DNA of 64,000 bases from Candidatus Omnitrophota bacterium (GTDB lineage: Bacteria > Omnitrophota > Gorgyraeia > Zapsychrales > Zapsychraceae), in the NCBI GenBank assembly GCA_029261065.1, contig JAJDCB010000028.1, forward strand, positions 447-64,446. Reading direction: 5' to 3'. The translations under genes were made by a program, and so were the position numbers. This document shows positions 15,001 through 20,827 of this stretch, piece by piece (the stretch's first letter is position 1; each line of letters begins with the position of its first letter). A model generated the notes under the pieces. That model was not told the origin of the DNA, made no database searches, and saw only the letters and a program-made list of their open reading frames with translations.

Positions 15001-17977
15001 CGTTAAGGATACAATTAAGAGAAGAGTCGCCTTCACATTCTTCGCCTAAACCAGATTGAACAATGTTATCGCCACAAGATTCAAGAACACAGAGAGCTGA
15101 ACAGCCGTCTTGATCTGTATTATTACCGTCGTCACAATCCTCACCATCTTCAAGAACATTGTTTCCACAAGAAGCCGGAGTGGCTCCGTTACATTGGGAG
15201 TTACAATGAGTGGCTGTCCCGTTTTGGGCGCCATCATCACAGGTTTCACTCCCGTTTAAAATATTGTCCCCGCAAAATTCAGTAGCTGTACAAGAATCAT
15301 ATGAACAGCTATCCTGACAGGACTGTGTGCCGTTGTAGCCGTTAATCACACAGTTGATTGTGCCGTTACCTTCACATTGTTCTCCAATGCCAGATTGAAC
15401 AATGCCATCCCCACAAAATTCATTTTTACATTTGGAAGTACAGCCATCGTTTGAAGAAATATTGTGGTCGTCACATTCTTCTCCAAGACTTGGTTGCACA
15501 ACATTGTCCCCGCAGATTTCAAGTTTACATTCAGGGGAGCAGCCATCATCAAAGTCATTGTTACCATCATCACAAATTTCTCCTAATTCTAATTGTCGAA
15601 TGCCATCCCCACATAACTCCGCTTGACATTCAGAAGAACAACCATCATTTGAGTTGTTGTTACCATCATCACAAGCTTCACCTATGCCGGCTTGAGTTAC
15701 GTTATCGCCACAAAATTCAATAATACAAAGATCGTTACAACCATCGCCCGCGTTAATGTTGCCATCATCGCAAGTTTCGTTTAAGACGGCTTGAATGCTT
15801 CCATCGCCACAAAATTCAGCAACACAAAGATCACTACAGCCATCGTCAGAAATATTGTTACCATCATCACAGGCTTCACCAGATTCAAGGATCGCGTTTC
15901 CGCAGGTGCCTAACGTTGTTCCGGTACATAAGGCATTACAGTGATTAGCAGAACCGTTGCTGCTGCCATCATCACAGGTTTCATTGCCGTTTAGTATGCC
16001 ATCTCCGCAGGACTCAGTGGGTGAACAGGAATCATACGCGCAATTGGATTGGCAAGTTTGGATGCCTTGGTAACCATTAACGGTACAATTAAGAGAAGAG
16101 GAGCCTTCACATTCTTCGTTAAGGTCAACTTGAACGATGCCATCGCCACAAAATTCACTTAAACATTGATCGTCACATCCATCGCCTGTGATGGTGTTGC
16201 CATCATCACAATTTTCATTTAAATTTTCTTGAATAACGTTATCCCCACAAAATTCAACAACACAAAGGTCACTACAGCCATCGCCGGCAATAGTATTTCC
16301 GTCATCACAGGCTTCACCAGACTCAACAACGGTGTTGCCGCAACTGGGTAAAGTGTTACTCGTACAAAGGGTATTACACTGGTTAGGTGTTCCGTTTTGG
16401 GGGCCATCATCACAAATTTCATTGCCGTTTAGAGCGCCATCGCCACAAAATTCGTTTGTTGTACAAGAGTTATAAGAACAAGTATCCTGGCAGGTCTGGG
16501 TGCCCGCATAGCCGTTAATGTTACAATCGATTGTCGCGTCATCATCACATTCTTCACCCTGTTCATCTTGAACGATACCATCCCCACAGCTTTCACTAAC
16601 ACATAGTTCACTACAACCGTCTCCTCCGGTTGTATTGTTATCATCACATTGTTCGTTGGGTTCAACAGTCCCGTTACCGCAGGTGGATGGGCAATCTTGG
16701 TTACAAGTGAAGGGTGTTTCATTTGGAGTGCTACAAATTCGATCGCCACAAACTTCAGGGGTTGTGGATACTTGTACAGGTTGAGAAAGGCCAGATTCAT
16801 TGCTTTCATCATCGTAAGCGCTGACGGCATAAGTGTAGGAGCTATCAGCACTTAATACGTTATCATTGTACTTTTCGATAAATGCCGATGCGATATGGTT
16901 TGAATCACGGAAAATTTTGTAACCCATAGTTTTAACGTTATCACTTGCTGGATCCCAAGATAATTCAATCTCGGAGCCACTTATGAGATTGGCTGTAAGA
17001 TTTTGTGGAGTGGTAGGAGCTTCAGTATCAGCATCGTCAGGTACGGGATTGCTGGGAGGTGTAGGTGGCGGCGGTGTTGGTTCTGTAGGGCTAGTAGGGC
17101 TTGTTGTTGGTGTTGTAGGTACTGATGAATCGTTATTGCTTTCTGGTTGGACAAGTGCGGGAGTGCCCGCATAAACAGGTCCAGTGATTTGCGAGGTGCC
17201 TGTATCTGATGTCGTGCTGGTGCTTGGAGTATTGCTTGACTCTGAGCTATTCGTTGAATCATTATTCTGAATTGATTTTTGAGTTTGCTGAAAATTTTGT
17301 GGGGTGCTCGTATTTTCAACGGCAGCAAATTGTGTAGCTTCTTCTCTATAAGCATTGTTGGGTTGAGCTGGATTCGATTGATTAAAGTTTGTCGTTACGG
17401 ATGGATAGTTGCTAGAGTTGGATTCAAGTGAACTGAGCGTGTTAAGGATGATTTCTTTTGATAGGTCAGAATGATTACCAGCTTCGTCTAAGGCAACAAC
17501 ATGATAAGAGAATATCTTGTCAGAGCGTAAATCTGTGTCTACATAAAAAAGTTCTGTGACTTGTGCCACGGGGATGCTATCTCGCAAAATCGCATATCCA
17601 GTAACACCAACATTATCACTTGAGGCATCCCACCCAATGCTTGTTTCTGTCATGTTGACAAAACGAGCATGAATATTCGTTATCGGAGTGGGTTTTTCTT
17701 GGTCCAAGCTTAAGGGTAATTCCGGCTCATTTGTGTCTTCTTGAGAGGGTTCTTCGAAAGTAATAGGTTCTATAGATTCAGGCGTTTCAACCTCAGGTGT
17801 TTCAACTTCAGGTATTTCGGGAATGATGGGTATTTCGGTAAGAATATCAGTTTGAGCCTCAGATTCAACCTTAGGTTCGGTATCCGATTTTTTCAAGACT
17901 TCCATGGCCCAGCCTTGCTGGTTAGGAAGAAAAATAGAGTAGGTAAGAACGACGATTATAGCAAATCTTTTTAGCAT
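1..17977 (-). CDS. Giant secreted multidomain protein (>=5,990 aa, 3'-partial): signal peptide, 2x fn3, Cys-rich (DUF4215/Myxococcus-type) repeats, 5 right-handed beta-helix domains, Ig-like/PKD, CBM9-like and F5/8 type C modules
   Basis: Manual translation from ATG 17977 (alternative in-frame ATG 17992) gives MLKRFAIIVVLTYSIFLPNQQGWA. The same frame reads sensibly at 17701 (LPLSLD), 13201 (CQSDCSYNS), 8701 (ITLNGDM), 4801 (GLEGRGDS) and 2-13 (EQCD). It is absent from the ORF track, which is consistent with no in-frame stop before the window edge. Confidence 0.93.
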   Translation of the reverse strand, partial: MLKRFAIIVVLTYSIFLPNQQGWAMEVLKKSDTEPKVESEAQTDILTEIPIIPEIPEVETPEVETPESIEPITFEEPSQEDTNEPELPLSLDQEKPTPITNIHARFVNMTETSIGWDASSDNVGVTGYAILRDSIPVAQVTELFYVDTDLRSDKIFSYHVVALDEAGNHSDLSKEIILNTLSSLESNSSNYPSVTTNFNQSNPAQPNNAYREEATQFAAVENTSTPQNFQQTQKSIQNNDSTNSSESSNTPSTSTTSDTGTSQITGPVYAGTPALVQPESNNDSSVPTTPTTSPTSPTEPTPPPPTPPSNPVPDDADTEAPTTPQNLTANLISGSEIELSWDPASDNVKTMGYKIFRDSNHIASAFIEKYNDNVLSADSSYTYAVSAYDDESNESGLSQPVQVSTTPEVCGDRICSTPNETPFTCNQDCPSTCGNGTVEPNEQCDDNNTTGGDGCSELCVSESCGDGIVQDEQGEECDDDATIDCNINGYAGTQTCQDTCSYNSCTTNEFCGDGALNGNEICDDGPQNGTPNQCNTLCTSNTLPSCGNTVVESGEACDDGNTIAGDGCSDLCVVEFCGDNVIQENLNENCDDGNTITGDGCDDQCLSEFCGDGIVQVDLNEECEGSSSLNCTVNGYQGIQTCQSNCAYDSCSPTESCGDGILNGNETCDDGSSNGSANHCNALCTGTTLGTCGNAILESGEACDDGNNISDDGCSDLCVAEFCGDGSIQAVLNETCDDGNINAGDGCNDLCIIEFCGDNVTQAGIGEACDDGNNNSNDGCSSECQAELCGDGIRQLELGEICDDGNNDFDDGCSPECKLEICGDNVVQPSLGEECDDHNISSNDGCTSKCKNEFCGDGIVQSGIGEQCEGNGTINCVINGYNGTQSCQDSCSYDSCTATEFCGDNILNGSETCDDGAQNGTATHCNSQCNGATPASCGNNVLEDGEDCDDGNNTDQDGCSALCVLESCGDNIVQSGLGEECEGDSSLNCILNGYQGLQTCQSNCSFDSCTTAEFCGDDIRNGDETCDDGNNNGTSNHCNAQCNGTTLPVCGNTIIEAGESCDDGNNIDGDGCNNICVNEFCGDGTIQPNLGENCDDGNSNSGDGCNDLCVAEFCGDNIIQAGLGEVCDDGNNDFNDGCTPDCAAELCGDGIRQLELGELCDDGNNDANDGCSPECKLEICGDNVIQPGLGEECDDHNLSSNDGCSSTCQNEFCGDGIVQDGLSEQCEGNTTIGCIINGYNGIQSCQDTCSFDTCSPTEFCGDGTLNGNETCDDGANNGGANHCNDTCTAITEAVCGNNILENNEACDDGNNTDEDGCSSTCNIESCGDDIVQNELGEQCEGNESISCSINGYVGTQSCLNNCTFNNCIASESCGDGILNGNESCDDGANNNTPNSCNAECSGTTPASCGNSILEDNETCDDGNNVDEDGCSSVCVLESCGDNIVQPGLGEACDGNSSLNCVIDNYNGTQSCKNDCSYNSCAPTEFCGDNIVNGVEACDDGTNNGTPNHCNAECSGITLASCGNNTLEGAEACDDGNNVDQDGCSSICTIESCGDNIVQSGLGEECEGNSSLNCVLNGYQGIQSCQSDCSYNSCTPTESCGDDIVNGNESCDDGANNGTPNNCNALCSGTTQGSCGNNVLETGEACDDGNNADEDGCSSTCVLESCGDNIVQSGLGEECEGNSSLNCVLNGYQGIQSCQLDCSYNSCIPTESCGDDIVNGNESCDDGANNGTPNNCNALCTGTTQGTCGNNVLETGEACDDGNNSNEDGCSATCVLESCGDNIVQSGLGEECEGNSSLNCVLNGYQGIQSCQLDCSYNSCTPTESCGDDIVNGNESCDDGANNGTPNNCNALCSGITLSSCGNNVLESGEICDDGVNNGTPNNCNALCTGITQGSCGNNVLETGEACDDGNNLDEDGCSATCVLEACGDNIVQPGLGEECEGNSSLSCSVNGYQGIQSCQSDCSYNSCTPTEFCGDDLVNGNESCDDGNTIDEDGCSSLCVLETCGDSIVQTGLGEECDDGNNTNGDDCNDSCQNEFCGDGILHPLLNEICDSNSQNCTDLNGYPGTEDCNETCTAYDSCVTSLFCGDGICTNLPEDTLNCASDCPSICGNGIHEPEEECEDGNTDNGDGCSATCQIEQTLNPTVSMDQSTYESGETITVIIDGGASDLQEWIAVYNTSDPDSDWSVVNKWQYLNGTTTQPSSPVNYPVTLTFAAPTTVGSYNIRYLADNSISSRLAMSNNFTVTAPLDTTLPSVSVISPSNGSIISNTITVSASASDDVGVAGVQFILDGSNLVSEDTSYPYSISLDTTVISDGNHTLSAQARDAAGNTTTSSVINFTVDHQVTPPTGDVFYISPTGDDTFPGTIGSPFKTWAHALKQLQPGDTLIVKDGDYNNTTGSGYPNIVCGSGYTNGTAELPITVKAENERRAFLKGTGHEETLSIVNCAYWTFEGLRVESDDAPGSQLGDPIYAGNSNNLTFRRMLVGHNNRYVNSSALLLYNTDYSLVEENELYDYHRHGILNAAGGEYNTFRRNYVNSRLNPDIPDGYDSYYPDRGAAGIALYPGSNNIVENNIAEKVGGGFDIEADGVGAMNNKLFGNIALNNTRGATFVARGNTLRNMPQNTLVENFVAINSIYSGMDFVANKNTQCHNCMVLDNQDGGFAATTQFIGDGHPTIFYENSLAANNNSFGFSMLTLSDFGIDSSNSFGQSNNYSPANDSRYTKTSIDDPGLGTCKVFIPDGSPMKGIGKDGKDIGANVLYRYQDGVLTNEPLWNTSTGQFTCGAIIPGVNDIAGNSCFDVHERLNVNTNGCSFPAEYGSGQSSPAPNVSTISTDVSDVDTSSSGIQFYEDTTVSYSATATDPDNDPLSWEWLYTLNGGSEISYLNGTGPVANADFDYLAGSAGTAYHLILRVSDGTHTTEKTLDVNIIAVPIQGNPSVSTNKSSYETGETITVTVDGGPGGLQEWVPLYIASNPDSTWSFETTWQYLSGTQTLPTSSPTYPKTLTFTAPSTAGTYNFRYFQENGLTNRLAISSDFTVTLPAPVCGNGALEPGEECDDGNTVNDDECNNSCQIQIISQSISAKKTDTPITLNGDMSEYAWSQANSVAFNNPGRSDNQVTVSTLWDDQNLYLAYDVTDSNLEAQDTSLWADDGAEFYIDVDHDESSSMDPNDIHEIININDFNIAGMSSQTMTHPNGYIMEIKIPWSSLNTSAVANKVMGLLLVNNDRDNSIGTQFDWMGLIDSTGVFKNPSQWGDLVLDAQLIVDPNPTTDTTPPSVSMTSPSNGVTVSNTISVSASASDDVGVLGVQFILNGTNLGGEDTSEPYSISLDTTTIANGNHTLSARARDAAGNTTTATTINVTVNNQDDPQPIASCDYYASPNGEGNGLSTSSPFQVADFWPVAVPGDTLCLVDGTYTENITLTCEAGGNAPKGTQGNPITIKALNERQAHLINDGDSVSISLNQCDWYNIEGLHISGTPNANLTEAIGIQVYQSSHVEVKRTLIHDLNKLVPSNAIIAYQSFDMLVEENEAYNITGNVIYALGGKRVTFRRNFCRGGVPGTTLQQECFVAYYADDMLFENNIAQDTRDSCFNNSGPNNEFIGNVAMNCVTNYTTTKHPQEFMATANPRYEHNVSIGYLEGNALRETGVGFISQSTFNTVAKNFSIFGGKTFGVTANNKYDPRQGPGKCGHYYPSNETCKIQQDPGLTLQNTLVQDVSLSYYIANGSQFKTRILENSVGWNASDNVWSTGTETRDTATTPPSSVSATSDMGSCRVFVPDSSSLKGAGKNGEDIGANVLYRYKDGVLTNEPLWNTSTGEFPCGVVVPGVNDKPGISCMDVHERLNVNTNGCSFPDGYGDGSTSPFPIVSSISTDVSDVDLSASGIQFYEDSTVSYSATATDPDNDPLSWEWLYTLNAGSEISYLNGTGPVANADFDYLAGSAGTAYRWILRVSDGTHTTEKTLDVNIIAVPPIINASVSVDQSTYETGDTITVTVDDGLSGLQEWITLVVDTDPDSAWANLNLWQYLNETQSQPTSPVSYPHTLTFTAPTIAGTYNIRYFADNSISSRLSVSSNFTVTVPIDTTPPSVSLTSPSDGSTAYNTISVSATASDDVGVLGVQFILDGTNLGGEDTSVPYSISLDTTTITNGNHTLSARARDAAGNTTTSSLHSINVDNQSIPQPSDAVYISPNGNDLDDGSYDTPWQTFAFALPKLSPGDTLILKDGIYKKSNSGTFVANCAESNTKNGTDLQRITIKAENERKAFLEGDGSYDPFTISNCSYWTIEGLRIKGDDFNGSVFGGPMSVEGSHHLTIRRMLLTHNNRYKNSHLLELKEVDDSLIEENEFYYFHRHAMMPFNSGSGNTNNNTFRRNYCNSRGYEELPDGFGNDVIDGLEGRGDSCVEMYPAANTLLENNISEGNVQLAGVQSKASSINNQFFGNISLNEFYGISFRQRLENVYTPPKDNTAENLVVVNPKSYGMFIRGSQNIQCKNCSVFNGVDSSGFLADQETSDERYINTGQNSAFILNSLSIGGNYGFKFVDQNIWGLDFSNSTGALINYSPKPPNSKITHENTDDPSLGSCKVWIPKTSLLKGSGENNEDIGANILYTYENGTLTNNPMWLANEDNGRFTGCGAIIPGINDASEESCINVHHRLNVNRNGCEFPDGYGDGSTSPAPNVSTISTDVSDVDTSASGIQFYEDSTVSYSATATDPDNDPLSWEWLYTLNGGSEISYLNGTGPVANADFDYLAGSAGTAYRWILRVSDGTHTTEKTFDVNIIAVPIQGNPTVSTNKSSYETGETITVTVDGGPGGLQEWIPLYIASNPDSTWSFESTWQYLSGTKTLPSSSPTYPITLTFTAPSTAGTYNFRYFQENGLTNRLAISSDFTVTTPPQPTPVCGNNILESSEQCDDGNTTSGDGCSNSCQNETPTPSDDTVYYVAKNGSDSHSCSQAHSQSTPKLTIAGGLGCMVGGDTLYVKAGTYNEFIDHDQMVSGSAGNPTVISSFENDVVTLLPLTSGGAGGDVVWFYGKSYITFKGFVVDATNVTNIGIRVNNASTYITIDGTEVKNAGNGNGIGVLQTPISSYCTFKNLKIHNNGNDGPLNPAFHGLYLTGHHHEVYNSEIYNNKGIGIQQYSEGQSYNSNNSIHDNILYDNGSNGLLIGSGHNNVAYNNVIYNNGREDTLPGYGIYVGFSSPNDSLVYNNTIFGNNHACIRVRDYADNTIISNNICWQNGLDDVSDVGRGTVVTNLLNTDPLFVSETIPDFHVKSGSPAIDTGITIPMVTKDFDGQNRPQGNAYDIGAYEFRETPPSGSGNTYYVCNTAVECNAGAGNGWATGSDSHSKTQALNKATPWKSIDHAEENVIPGDTVIVGDGIYMTRSAESPARVLYINKSGTAESPITFKSENKWGAVMNGNNQSMDSGIFFNCAQNPPASHIKIQDFEITDFIFGGIAARDADGAPYTRCKDIEISGVKLHKIGSSSNTYGVVGMSLEAMDDSVVKNNLVFNLTAVTPTRNQTHGIYLSDNTDNIVVKNNIVYGMAEGWPVHIYDGHGTGPATNHTVINNTLIDESPHNDGGLVLYGRNHTVRNNIMYTIVDAPGQTHAIRDSGYTYDAIIENNITNQSGLCNNGCAGPTLSNNILNADLTNEFVDFANKDFRLKAGALSIDIGTGAGAPALDYAGNTRPVGANIDIGAYEFGGTPPSSPVCGNGLPESGEQCDDGNTVNGDGCDNTCNLETITTPFPGGLIPQEQMRIVSVTSGDEGKDNVLDADSNTFWLGSGTNPHEMIIDLGGSYDVRGFKYLPYMWTKCTQYEVFLSSTNGNWGSPITTGTWSASSAEKEVTFTSTTASFLKIRYLDGYCYAAEHNVMAEISANNLTNNPSVSLNKSSYVAGETISVTLDGGASGLEEWIALLNTSDSDSNWSIVNTWQYIDGTQTTLSSPANYPVTLTFTAPTTAGNYNIRYFGDGTANNRLAMSSDFTVTTTPPPTPVCGNNILESGEQCD
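3340..9510 (-). repeat. Near-identical intragenic module duplications (PKD/Ig blocks)
   Basis: ~3340-3980 matches ~8870-9510 almost base for base, and the PKD half recurs at ~6085-6400. A second Ig block (ASDDVGV.GVQF.LDG...ARDAAGN) recurs at ~5520-5700, 7945-8120 and 11000-11180. Confidence 0.9.
11570..16750 (-). repeat. Intragenic Cys-rich repeat region (CGDGxxxxxExCDDGNxxxxDGCxxxC) with 339-bp (113-aa) tandem units
   Basis: The anchor cattcttcacctaaaccag or variants recur at ~12605, 12944, 13283, 13622, 13961 and 14300 (339-bp spacing). Shadow ORFs 12616..12954 and 12955..13293 are near-identical. Confidence 0.92.
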
Positions 17978-18287
17978 GTTAGCCACATCCATGACTTACT
18001 TGTTTTTTATATTTACTTAGTAAAAGTATAGAATCTAAGATATTAATAACAATGTGTAGGAGGGGATCTTAAGAAAGCGGTTTCTTGTAGAGAGTTATTA
18101 AGATATTTTGTTAACATAAGTTGTTTATTATCAATACTTTATGTATATTCGCATCGAGGAGGTGATAATGATAATTTAGAAATTAATAAAATATTGTGGG
18201 TTTTTAAGTAAGATTAATAGGAATCAACATTAATCATATTAGTAATAAGAAAAGAGATCGCTTAAGACTGATGCTATTGATTATAAA

Positions 18288-18316
18288 TTGACAAGTAAAT
18301 ATATGCTTGGTACACT
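18288..18316 (+). promoter_or_regulatory. Sigma-70 promoter for the DUF3015 gene
   Basis: TTGACA-17 nt-TACACT with extended -10 TG; GGGAGG RBS before the start at 18363. Confidence 0.7.
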
Positions 18317-18362
18317 AAGTTAATTATTTTTAAGAAAACAATATCAACATAGGGAGGGCGCC

Positions 18363-18839
18363 TTGGTAAAGAATGTAAAAACTGTACTATTGGTTGTGGT
18401 AACTTTGGCTGTATTTGCACAGCCTGCGTTGGCTCGAAGTTTCGGTGAAATTTATAAAGAATGTGGTTTGGGAGGTATGATTTTCACGGATAACGGAGAT
18501 GCAGCAGCTGTAAGTAATATTGTTTGGGATTCAGGAACTACAGCTATTAGCTCTAACATCACAACGCCTGATTCGTGTAAAGGTGGTCAAGCAAGAATGG
18601 CAGCTTTTATTAATGAATCCTATGAGGCCATTGAAGAAGATTTAGCTAGTGGAGAAGGAACTTATCTTGACACATTAATGGTATTAGCGGGCGTTGATGA
18701 AGTTAATAAAGATCAATTAGCTGCAGCTATTCGCGTAAACTTTGCTGGCATTGTGGCTGATGCTGGATATACGGACCAAAGCAGGGTAGAGAAGTCTGAA
18801 GCTTTGTATGGTTTGGTTTATAAGCTCATCGAAGTTTAA
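18363..18839 (+). CDS. DUF3015-family exported protein
   Basis: Signal peptide, CGLG motif, GTTAISS, 'DLASGEGTYLDTL' pattern; typical position upstream of a DUF4105 gene. Confidence 0.75.
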   Translation: MVKNVKTVLLVVVTLAVFAQPALARSFGEIYKECGLGGMIFTDNGDAAAVSNIVWDSGTTAISSNITTPDSCKGGQARMAAFINESYEAIEEDLASGEGTYLDTLMVLAGVDEVNKDQLAAAIRVNFAGIVADAGYTDQSRVEKSEALYGLVYKLIEV

Positions 18840-18864
18840 GCATTATTAGAAGGGGTTTAAGAAG

Positions 18865-18909
18865 AATGGGGAATACGAACGGTTTATTCGGGAGTATTCC
18901 CCATTTTTT
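18865..18909 (+). terminator. Rho-independent terminator-like hairpin after the DUF3015 gene
   Basis: aatggggaatac...gtattccccatt followed by a T run; suggests the next gene really starts downstream of ATG 18866. Confidence 0.6.
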
Positions 18910-20824
18910 ATTTATTGTCTCCTCAGTGTTATCAAAACGTTCTTCCTTTTATATTCTATTTCTTTTACAAATCTTTGTTTTATTGATAACTACTCCTAGC
19001 GCTGCAACACCCTCTCAAGAAATCTTCAAGCAGGTTTCTCACCAAAATCTTCAACACCATCGAACTTGGCTTAAGCTTCTACATTTTCAGAAAGGTTTAT
19101 TACAAAGTGATATATTAGACGACAATTTTTTTCTAGTATCTGAAGGTAGGGTTGATCCAGCAAAAGAATTAAAGGCTACTGTTGATGCTTATTTTGCACC
19201 ATGGGAGTTAGATGCCAATGAGCATCCACGGTGTAAGTATCCTGCGCGTTATTTTTGGCTTTCAAAACAGGTGTCTTTACCAGGTTATCGTCTAAGAGAT
19301 GAGCGTTGTGAGTCTCTTGAGAAGTGGGCGTTATTTGATAATGTGGAATCCGTGAGCTTACTTTTGGTCAGTGGTTTTTTAGGAAATCCAGCCTCAACAT
19401 TTGGGCATTCCATTCTTAAATTTAATATAGACTCACCTGATGATCAATTAGGTTTATTTGATTTGACACTTAGCTATGGTGCGATGGTTCCTCCTAAAGA
19501 AAATGCACTTCGGTATGTGATCCGAGGTCTTTTTGGTGGTTATCAGGCTGGGTTTTCCGATAAATATTTTTACACGCAAGATATGGTGTATACGCGTCGA
19601 GAGTTTCGTGATATATGGGATTATAGATTGAATTTATCAGACAATGAACGCACTCTTCTCATCTTGCATATTTGGGAAATAATAGGTAAGAAGTTTGATT
19701 ATTACTTTTTGGAAAAGAATTGTGCTTACAAACTGGCTGAACTCTTGGAGATGGTGACGGAGGAAACGTTTCTTGATCAAAAGCGATTTTGGTATCTTCC
19801 TGAGGATATGTTTCATCGTCTTAAAGATATCGATCAACATAAGAGTGGTCCTTCCAAAAGACTTATTAAATCCGTCACATATCTGCCTTCCAGTCAGAGG
19901 AAGCTTTTTAATCAGTTAAAGTTGTTAGGAGAAGATGAATTAAAACTTTTTAATAGGATCGTCAAGGAAGGTCTTAATGTGGCCACTTTAGATTTTAAAG
20001 ATATGGAAGTTGATAGGAAGATATTGATTCTCGATAGCTTGTTGGCCTATTTGCATTATCGCTTGATAGCTCAAGGAGAGGAGGCTTCTCGTCATTTGAA
20101 GGAAAAAAAGAATCAGGTTTTACGGGCGCGATTGAAGTTGCCCGCTCAGAAAAGGATGGTGCCTCCTGTTGAAGAGCTAAGTTCCCCCGCCGATGGATCT
20201 CGTCCTATGGAGATACAAATGGCTGTTGGTGTTGACACCGAGGATGATGCATTTATGCGTTTAAGTTGGTCGCCGTTTAAAAAAGAAATAATTGGACGCA
20301 ATAGCCTTCTAGGCGATGAGCTTGTAGTTTTTGATTTATCTGTTGGTTTGCTTGAATCTGGACGCACCGTTTTTATTGATGAGTTCGACTTAATCAAAAT
20401 AAGTCATCTAAGTACATGGGGGCTTAAGATGCCGGATGAACGCTTGTGGTCGTGGCAAATGCGAATTGGTATGGACCGTGTAGAAAGTGGAGAAAAATAT
20501 CGTTATGATGGTATTATGAGTTACGCACCTGGGTATGCTTGGCAATTAAGGAAAGACACTTATATTTATGCTTTTCTAGAAGGATCATTGCACACCCTTG
20601 ATCCTTTTGTTCGTTTAAAACCACATTTAGGATTTAAATTTGATGTGGGATCATTAAAAAGTTTGATTACCTTTGGAGTTGAGACTGAAAGTTATGACGG
20701 AGAATTTTCTGAAGTGTGGGGTGCCAAGTTACAATATCCATTGGCAGATCGAACATCTTTAGATATTGAAGTGACGAATGAAAAAGCAACTAAGGCTGTG
20801 TTGGGCTTAAATTGGTGTTTTTAG
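18866..20824 (+). CDS. DUF4105 (Lnb-like) domain protein with C-terminal beta-barrel
   Basis: W.KLLH, C.YPARY.WL, PASTFGHS, YYFLEKNCAY motifs; beta-strand-rich C-terminus ending in F; start position uncertain. Confidence 0.8.
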   Translation: MGNTNGLFGSIPHFLFIVSSVLSKRSSFYILFLLQIFVLLITTPSAATPSQEIFKQVSHQNLQHHRTWLKLLHFQKGLLQSDILDDNFFLVSEGRVDPAKELKATVDAYFAPWELDANEHPRCKYPARYFWLSKQVSLPGYRLRDERCESLEKWALFDNVESVSLLLVSGFLGNPASTFGHSILKFNIDSPDDQLGLFDLTLSYGAMVPPKENALRYVIRGLFGGYQAGFSDKYFYTQDMVYTRREFRDIWDYRLNLSDNERTLLILHIWEIIGKKFDYYFLEKNCAYKLAELLEMVTEETFLDQKRFWYLPEDMFHRLKDIDQHKSGPSKRLIKSVTYLPSSQRKLFNQLKLLGEDELKLFNRIVKEGLNVATLDFKDMEVDRKILILDSLLAYLHYRLIAQGEEASRHLKEKKNQVLRARLKLPAQKRMVPPVEELSSPADGSRPMEIQMAVGVDTEDDAFMRLSWSPFKKEIIGRNSLLGDELVVFDLSVGLLESGRTVFIDEFDLIKISHLSTWGLKMPDERLWSWQMRIGMDRVESGEKYRYDGIMSYAPGYAWQLRKDTYIYAFLEGSLHTLDPFVRLKPHLGFKFDVGSLKSLITFGVETESYDGEFSEVWGAKLQYPLADRTSLDIEVTNEKATKAVLGLNWCF

Positions 20825-20827
20825 AAA

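Noticed and set aside
1202-17974. Dozens of short ORFs listed on both strands in 1-18 kb
   Set aside because: They are shadow or alternative-frame ORFs of the single giant minus-strand gene; their repetitiveness mirrors its repeats
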